Below, piece by piece: positions 58,543-64,000 of a stretch of DNA of 64,000 nt. The first letter of the stretch is position 1. Every line of letters starts with the position of its first letter. Made by a program: the position numbers and the translations under genes. The notes under the pieces were generated by a model. That model was not told where the DNA came from. It did not search any database and worked only from the letters and a program-made list of their open reading frames with translations. The stretch is taken from the NCBI GenBank assembly GCA_965203275.1, contig OZ241865.1, positions 416,001 through 480,000 of the forward strand, written 5' to 3'. Source of the DNA: Bdellovibrionales bacterium (lineage in GTDB: Bacteria; Bdellovibrionota; Bdellovibrionia; Bdellovibrionales; JAUICD01).

Positions 58543-59721
58543 TTAAATATTTATTTTATTAATTTCTTTAAGAATATGTAACAAACCCATCACTATTATA
58601 TCATCTTTATAAGGGAATCGATCATGTCCTCCATAGATCACAAGCTTTCTATCAGCTTTGATATCTTGACATGCATTGTGATAACCTCTGGAGACTTTAA
58701 AATTTTCTGCACTTTTTTTTATCTCAATAGCCCATAACTCCTGTCCTATCTTTAAAACCAAATCTATTTCAGCACCTGCTGCTGTTCTGTAAAAAGAAGC
58801 TTCTACAGTGTGAGGCAATATAGATAATATATTGCAAATAACAAAGCCTTCCCAACTTGCTCCAATAATAGGATGTGAAAGCAATTGATTATAGTTTGCA
58901 ATATTTAACAAACTGTGCAGAATACCTGTATCATTAATGTATATACGATAAGATTTAACTAATCTCTTTTTGGTATGCATATATAGAGGACAGAGTTTTC
59001 TAATCAAAAATAATTCACACAATATGTCTATATAATTCTGCACTGTCTTGCTACTTAAACTTAAACTCTTTGCCAGCTCTGATATATTTAATAATTTCCC
59101 ATTATAATGTGCTAACATAATTAATAATCTTTGTAATTGTTCCACTGGAATACGAAAACCTAGCTGAGGAATATCACGCTCTAAATAAGTCATTATAAAA
59201 TCTTTTCTCCATTGAAAACTCAAATGACCTGCATTGAGGTAACTGTTAGGGAAACCTCCCCTCAACCAGAGTTTTATAATGTCTCTTTGTGATTGAGATG
59301 GCACTTCTAATAAATTGAAGCCATACATATTGATGTAGCTGATCCTACCTGCAAGACTCTCTGATGACTGTTTGATTAAATGCTTAGATGCTGAACCTAA
59401 AATTAAATATTTGCATGGTCTTCTATTTTCATCAATCAGAACTCTTAATATAGGGAACAAATCTGGTTTTCTTTGAACTTCATCAATAATGACTAAGCTC
59501 TCTTTGTGTTGAGATAAAAAAGTATAAGGATCATTGAGTTTCAATAAATCTTTAGGTGCTTCTAGATCTAAGTAAACTTTCTGATGTTGATTGGTTATAA
59601 ATTCTTTAACTAAAGTGCTTTTACCCACTTGCCTTGGACCTAAAATAGCCACTGTAGGGTTGCTCTGAAGTCTGTATTTTATTTTTGAGGATATCAAACG
59701 ATGAAATAATTGACCTTGCAT
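58543..59721 (-). CDS. AAA+ ATPase (AAA_14 / DUF4143-type, with wHTH-like and nuclease-like C-terminus)
   Basis: GPRQVGKST, IIDEVQ, SESLAGR, RGGFP, DTG, YRT..GAEIDL, AIEIK. Confidence 0.9.
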   Translation of the reverse strand: MQGQLFHRLISSKIKYRLQSNPTVAILGPRQVGKSTLVKEFITNQHQKVYLDLEAPKDLLKLNDPYTFLSQHKESLVIIDEVQRKPDLFPILRVLIDENRRPCKYLILGSASKHLIKQSSESLAGRISYINMYGFNLLEVPSQSQRDIIKLWLRGGFPNSYLNAGHLSFQWRKDFIMTYLERDIPQLGFRIPVEQLQRLLIMLAHYNGKLLNISELAKSLSLSSKTVQNYIDILCELFLIRKLCPLYMHTKKRLVKSYRIYINDTGILHSLLNIANYNQLLSHPIIGASWEGFVICNILSILPHTVEASFYRTAAGAEIDLVLKIGQELWAIEIKKSAENFKVSRGYHNACQDIKADRKLVIYGGHDRFPYKDDIIVMGLLHILKEINKINI

Positions 59722-59775
59722 AAAACTCCCTCTTAATGAATGAAAACCTATCTTATATTATTTTCGGATATAAAT

Positions 59776-59933
59776 TCCCAAAATGCAAGGTTAAATTTAA
59801 AAATAACCTTGTATTTTTGGATATAGACTCCCAAAATGCAAGGCTAAATTTAAAAATAACCTTGTATTTTTGGATATAGACTCCCAAAATGCAAGGTTAA
59901 ATTTAAAAATAACCTTGCATTTTTGGATATAGA
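59776..59933. repeat. 3 x 53-bp palindromic tandem repeat upstream of the ATPase
   Basis: CCAAAATGCAAGGTTA-AATTTAAAAA-TAACCTTG(T/C)ATTTTTGG in units starting 59776, 59829 and 59882. Confidence 0.9.
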
Positions 59934-59995
59934 AACCTTGAAATTATATTAAGGTATTGGTTTTATTAAGAAAATTTATATTTCTATAGAAGCAA

Positions 59996-60460
59996 TCAAT
60001 GGCTTGACTTCTTTTTAATAGCAGTTGCGTATGCAAACACTTCGACGGCAGGCAGTGCAAATCCACCTTTTTGCATATTGCCACCATAGATAGAAGAATG
60101 TTCTAATCGCATATTGATAATTTTTTCTGCTCCCCAGCGAGCAGCCTTTTCTTTCATACGTAAAATAGCTTCTCTTCGCCCGCGATCAAGGAGGGTTTCA
60201 TATTCGCGTATACGGCCTCCAAAAAACATTCGCAGTGCTGATATAAATGTTTTAAAATAGTCTGAAGAAATAACAACGCCTCCAGTAAATAAAATACCCT
60301 CTTCATCTTCTTCGATACATTCTTGCCATCTACTTGTAATGATAGGGATATGATGAAACTTTTTTTCTCTTAGGCGTATTCTTTTATAATGTCTGACTTC
60401 AAATGAACGACCTGTAAGATATCCAGTAATGAGTAGAATAATAGAAATAAGCAGTTCCAT
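59996..60460 (-). CDS. YbjQ-family (UPF0145) protein with N-terminal TM
   Basis: FGGRIREYETLLDRGRREAILRM, AYATAI. Confidence 0.85.
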   Translation of the reverse strand: MELLISIILLITGYLTGRSFEVRHYKRIRLREKKFHHIPIITSRWQECIEEDEEGILFTGGVVISSDYFKTFISALRMFFGGRIREYETLLDRGRREAILRMKEKAARWGAEKIINMRLEHSSIYGGNMQKGGFALPAVEVFAYATAIKKKSSH

Positions 60461-60825
60461 TATTCCACCTTAACTGCTGTGCCATAAGCAAAAAGTTCTG
60501 CTGCTCCTGCTGCAATAGCAGAGGTAGCAAAGCGAACATTCACAATAGCATTGGCTCCTAAAGCCCTCGCTTGAGCAACCATACGAGAAAGAGCTTCTTC
60601 TCGGCTTTCTTGTAAAAGTTCTGTGTATCCTTTCAGCTCTCCACCAAATATATTTTTAAAACCAGCCATAATATCTCTGCCGACATGTTTTGCTCTTATG
60701 GTACTGCCCTGCACTAAACCATAATGCTCTACAATAGTCTTCCCTGGTATGATTTCAATATTTGAGAGAAGGATTTTTCCTGTTCCTATATGATAACGAC
60801 CTATAGGGTTATTACGATTGATCAT
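60460..60825 (-). CDS. YbjQ-family (UPF0145) protein
   Basis: GRDIMAGFKNIFGGELKGYTELL, GANAIVNVRF, YGTAV. Confidence 0.92.
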   Translation of the reverse strand: MINRNNPIGRYHIGTGKILLSNIEIIPGKTIVEHYGLVQGSTIRAKHVGRDIMAGFKNIFGGELKGYTELLQESREEALSRMVAQARALGANAIVNVRFATSAIAAGAAELFAYGTAVKVE

Positions 60826-61011
60826 TGGACTCCTTTCTTGTCTTTTAAGATGAATAAAAAATCATATATATTTAAGTTTGTAAACTTTATTTATATCTAT
60901 CGGTTTGACAATTATTAAACTTAAGAGCAAATAACCAATAAATAAGTAGTTATTTAAAAACAAAATAATATAAGCACTCTACAGTTTTAAAATCCATGTT
61001 TCTTATATTCA

Positions 61012-63447
61012 TTAAATAGCCGCTGGGAACTTAGTTGATGGTTTTCTTCTGACTGTAGCGGTCCGTGGTGTCAGCTTAACAGGTTTGGCTTTTTTCTCAA
61101 GGGCAATAGCTAACACTTCATCAATATGCTTAACAGGTATAAAGTTCAGTTTTTGTCTAAACTCCTTTGGAATATCTACTAAGTCTTTTGTATTTTGGAA
61201 AGGGATAATCACGCTTTTTGAGCCATGCCTTAATGCAGCAAGGGCTTTATCTTTTAATCCACCAATAGCTAAAATGCGACCTGTTAAAGTCACCTCACCT
61301 GTCATAGCCACATCACTTCTCACACTTGTTTCTGTAATCAAAGAAATAATAGCAGTAGCAATAGCAATACCAGCTGATGGTCCATCTTTTGAAATAGCAC
61401 CTGCGGGCAAATGAATATGAATTTCATGTTCTCTAAACCATTTGTCAGGTATGCCCAAAGCCTTTGCATTGGCTCTTGTATAAGCCAGTGCAGCTTGTGC
61501 TGATTCTTTCATTATATCTCCTAATTGCCCGGTCAGAGTGATCTTACTTTTGCCCTTCATTTTAAGTGCTTCAATGTATAAAATCTCTCCTCCTACAGAG
61601 GTCCAAGCAAGCCCTGTCACTACACCTATGCGATCTTCGTTTTCCATATCATCTCTGATAAACTTTGCTGGCCCTAAGAATTTCTCTACATTACTAGATT
61701 TAATAATATGCTTTTTATTTTGATTTTCTTCCCCATTAACAACTATTTTAGTGGCAACCTTACGGCAAATGCTCCCTATCTCACGTTCTAAGTTTCTCAA
61801 ACCTGCTTCCCTTGTATAATTAGAGATAATGGTTTGTAATCCATTATCTGTAAAATCTATGTTCTTATCTACAACACCATTAGCTTCTAATTGTTTTTTA
61901 ATAAGATGTTTTTTAGAAATAAATAATTTTTCTTGTTCAGTATATCCAGAAAGATTAATCACCTCCATACGATCTCTTAAAACACGTGGTATATTTTCCA
62001 ACACATTGGCTGTGGCAAGAAACATCACCTTACTTAAATCAAAATTCACATTTAAGTAGTGATCCTTAAAAGTATGATTCTGCTCTGGATCTAAAACTTC
62101 TAAAAGAGCAGCACTGGGATCACCTCTAAAATCGTTTCCAAGTTTATCAATTTCATCTAAAACAAAAACAGGGTTTTTAGAACCTACAGTTTTAAGAGCT
62201 TGTATAATCTTCCCTGGCATAGCTCCCACATACGTACGTCGATGTCCTCTGATCTCAGCTTCATCTTTTATACCACCTAGAGCTACTCGTTCATATTTAC
62301 GCCCCATAGCTTTAGCAATACTTTTTCCAAGCGAAGTTTTCCCAACGCCTGGAGGACCTGCAAAGCATAAAATAGGCCCTTTCATGTCTTTTTTAAGTTG
62401 TCTGACGGCTAAAAACTCTAAAATTCTTTCTTTGATTTTTTCAATACCATAGTGATCTGTATCTAAAATTTCTCGAGCATGCTTTAAATTAAGGTTATCG
62501 ACTGTCTCATGCTTCCAAGGTAGTTCAATACACCAATCTAAATAAGTACGCAGAATAGAATTTTCGCTTGCATCAGGATGTGTTTTAGAGAGTCGATGTA
62601 GCTGTTTGAGACATTCTTTTTCCACATCCTTTGGCATGCCTGCTTGTTTGATATGATCTCTTAATTCCTCAATGTCTTCACCTTTATAATCCATCTCCCC
62701 TAACTCACTTTGAATAGCACGTAGCTGTTCTCTTAAGAAATATTCTTTCTGTGTTTTGTTCATCTCATCTTTGGCTGTATTTTTTATCTTTTCTTGCATG
62801 GCTAAAACTTCTAACTCATTTGTAAGGTATTCTAAGACAATCTTCAGACGAGTCGTAGGATCATCTGTTTCAAGTATTCTTTGGGCATCCGGCACTTTTA
62901 AATTAAGGTTGCTGGCCACAAGATCAGCTGTTCTGCCAGGATGCACGACATCATCTAGCACCAATAAAATATCTGGTGAGAGCATCTTGCCATGTGCAAT
63001 GATTTTTTCTAAAAGGTCTTTGAGGCTTCGAATAAGAGCTTCTGCTTCTAGTTGATCATGATCAGGTATGTGTATTTCTCCTTCTTTGGGGAAACACCGA
63101 ACTTTAACTTCTAAATAAGGATGGTTGTGAATATAAGATGTGATTTGTGCTTTAGAGATACCTTGTATTAGTATTTTGATTCTTCCATCAGGTAATCTAC
63201 GCATTCTTGTGATCATAGCCACTGTTCCTATATTGAATATGGACTCACAAGTAGGATTTTCCTCTGTGATATCTTTTTGAGATGATAAAAAAATCAACCT
63301 ATTACGGGATAATGATTCCTCTACTGCTTTAATAGAAGACTCACGCCCTATAAACAAGGGTAAAATCATATAAGGAAAAACTACGATATCTCTGACCGGT
63401 AATAAGGGCATATTTTCAGAAATTTCTACATTGAGTTCGTCAAACAT
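61012..63447 (-). CDS. lon: ATP-dependent Lon protease
   Basis: PLLPVRD N-domain, GPPGVGKTS, LDEIDK, KDGPSAG catalytic Ser, MTGEVTL..IGGLK.K. Confidence 0.98.
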   Translation of the reverse strand: MFDELNVEISENMPLLPVRDIVVFPYMILPLFIGRESSIKAVEESLSRNRLIFLSSQKDITEENPTCESIFNIGTVAMITRMRRLPDGRIKILIQGISKAQITSYIHNHPYLEVKVRCFPKEGEIHIPDHDQLEAEALIRSLKDLLEKIIAHGKMLSPDILLVLDDVVHPGRTADLVASNLNLKVPDAQRILETDDPTTRLKIVLEYLTNELEVLAMQEKIKNTAKDEMNKTQKEYFLREQLRAIQSELGEMDYKGEDIEELRDHIKQAGMPKDVEKECLKQLHRLSKTHPDASENSILRTYLDWCIELPWKHETVDNLNLKHAREILDTDHYGIEKIKERILEFLAVRQLKKDMKGPILCFAGPPGVGKTSLGKSIAKAMGRKYERVALGGIKDEAEIRGHRRTYVGAMPGKIIQALKTVGSKNPVFVLDEIDKLGNDFRGDPSAALLEVLDPEQNHTFKDHYLNVNFDLSKVMFLATANVLENIPRVLRDRMEVINLSGYTEQEKLFISKKHLIKKQLEANGVVDKNIDFTDNGLQTIISNYTREAGLRNLEREIGSICRKVATKIVVNGEENQNKKHIIKSSNVEKFLGPAKFIRDDMENEDRIGVVTGLAWTSVGGEILYIEALKMKGKSKITLTGQLGDIMKESAQAALAYTRANAKALGIPDKWFREHEIHIHLPAGAISKDGPSAGIAIATAIISLITETSVRSDVAMTGEVTLTGRILAIGGLKDKALAALRHGSKSVIIPFQNTKDLVDIPKEFRQKLNFIPVKHIDEVLAIALEKKAKPVKLTPRTATVRRKPSTKFPAAI

Positions 63448-64000
63448 ACTTAAACCTTCCTTTCTCTATGGAGTTGTTATCATTTTTTGTTGTACCTCTT
63501 TTAAAATTATTCGGTTCTATTATGAAATGGCTTAAGGGAAAAAAGACCGAAAAATGACTTGATTTCTAACAAATAAACACAAATATTTAACACTAAAAGA
63601 CAGTTTTTAAGACGTAAGATGAATTTCATACCCTCTCAATACATAAAATATATTCTTTTGATTTTTGTGATATGGTTTTTTGTGTAGGTCGCTTCAATTT
63701 TCTGATTCTGTAAGAATGATCACTCTGCGGAGTCTTATGCTTTTTTAGCAAAGAAAAAGTGTCTCATTTTTAAACACTCTCTGAAAAAAAAAGTGTTCAA
63801 AAGGTGATTGTCTAAAAAATTTACATATTTTGATGAAAAAAAATATTTTTTTCTAAAGTTTACGCTCAAAGGACCGATGAGATTATTATTTATTGACACA
63901 AATATAGCAAAATTTTTAAGCAACATAAGTTTTAGCATAAATTCTTACTTTATCAACTTAGATAATTTTAATAAATTAACCCTTTTCAAGGGTGTATTTG

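Noticed and set aside
59776..59933. Mini-CRISPR
   Set aside because: Whole 53-bp units repeat with no variable spacer
63735..63938. 67-aa minus-strand ORF at the window end
   Set aside because: AT-rich, low complexity, no RBS or motif; cannot be supported

Overview
AT-rich bacterial chromosome segment. Gene content and protein style (Tad pilus cassette, BamA/Skp, TamA/TamB-like pair, RCC1-repeat lipoprotein, Lon, SecA) suggest Bdellovibrionota or a related deltaproteobacterial lineage; this is inference. Housekeeping genes are sufS, a partial tad locus, secA, a Ca/Na antiporter, tamA/tamB-like genes, skp, bamA, uvrB, HMG-CoA lyase, ruvC-ruvB, lon and two tRNA-Arg. Accessory genes include an IS256-family element, an Rpn PD-(D/E)XK nuclease with an apparent internal start, coiled-coil repeat genes, ankyrin proteins, a four-helix-bundle gene and an AAA/DUF4143-type ATPase. 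The most striking signal is non-coding. About 11 intergenic clusters are built from a ~145-150 nt element whose copies differ widely in sequence but keep one multi-stem fold, with compensatory changes in every stem and mostly GNRA loops on one strand. Copies are arranged head-to-head with linker modules and interleaved with GGGATCY-type heptamer tracts. One copy is split by a 9 x 153-bp tandem array and another by IS256. The longest in-phase heptamer tract and a shorter one bracket a four-helix-bundle gene whose RBS is locked in a perfect 13-bp hairpin. No database searches or folding programs were run, so novelty claims are unverified.
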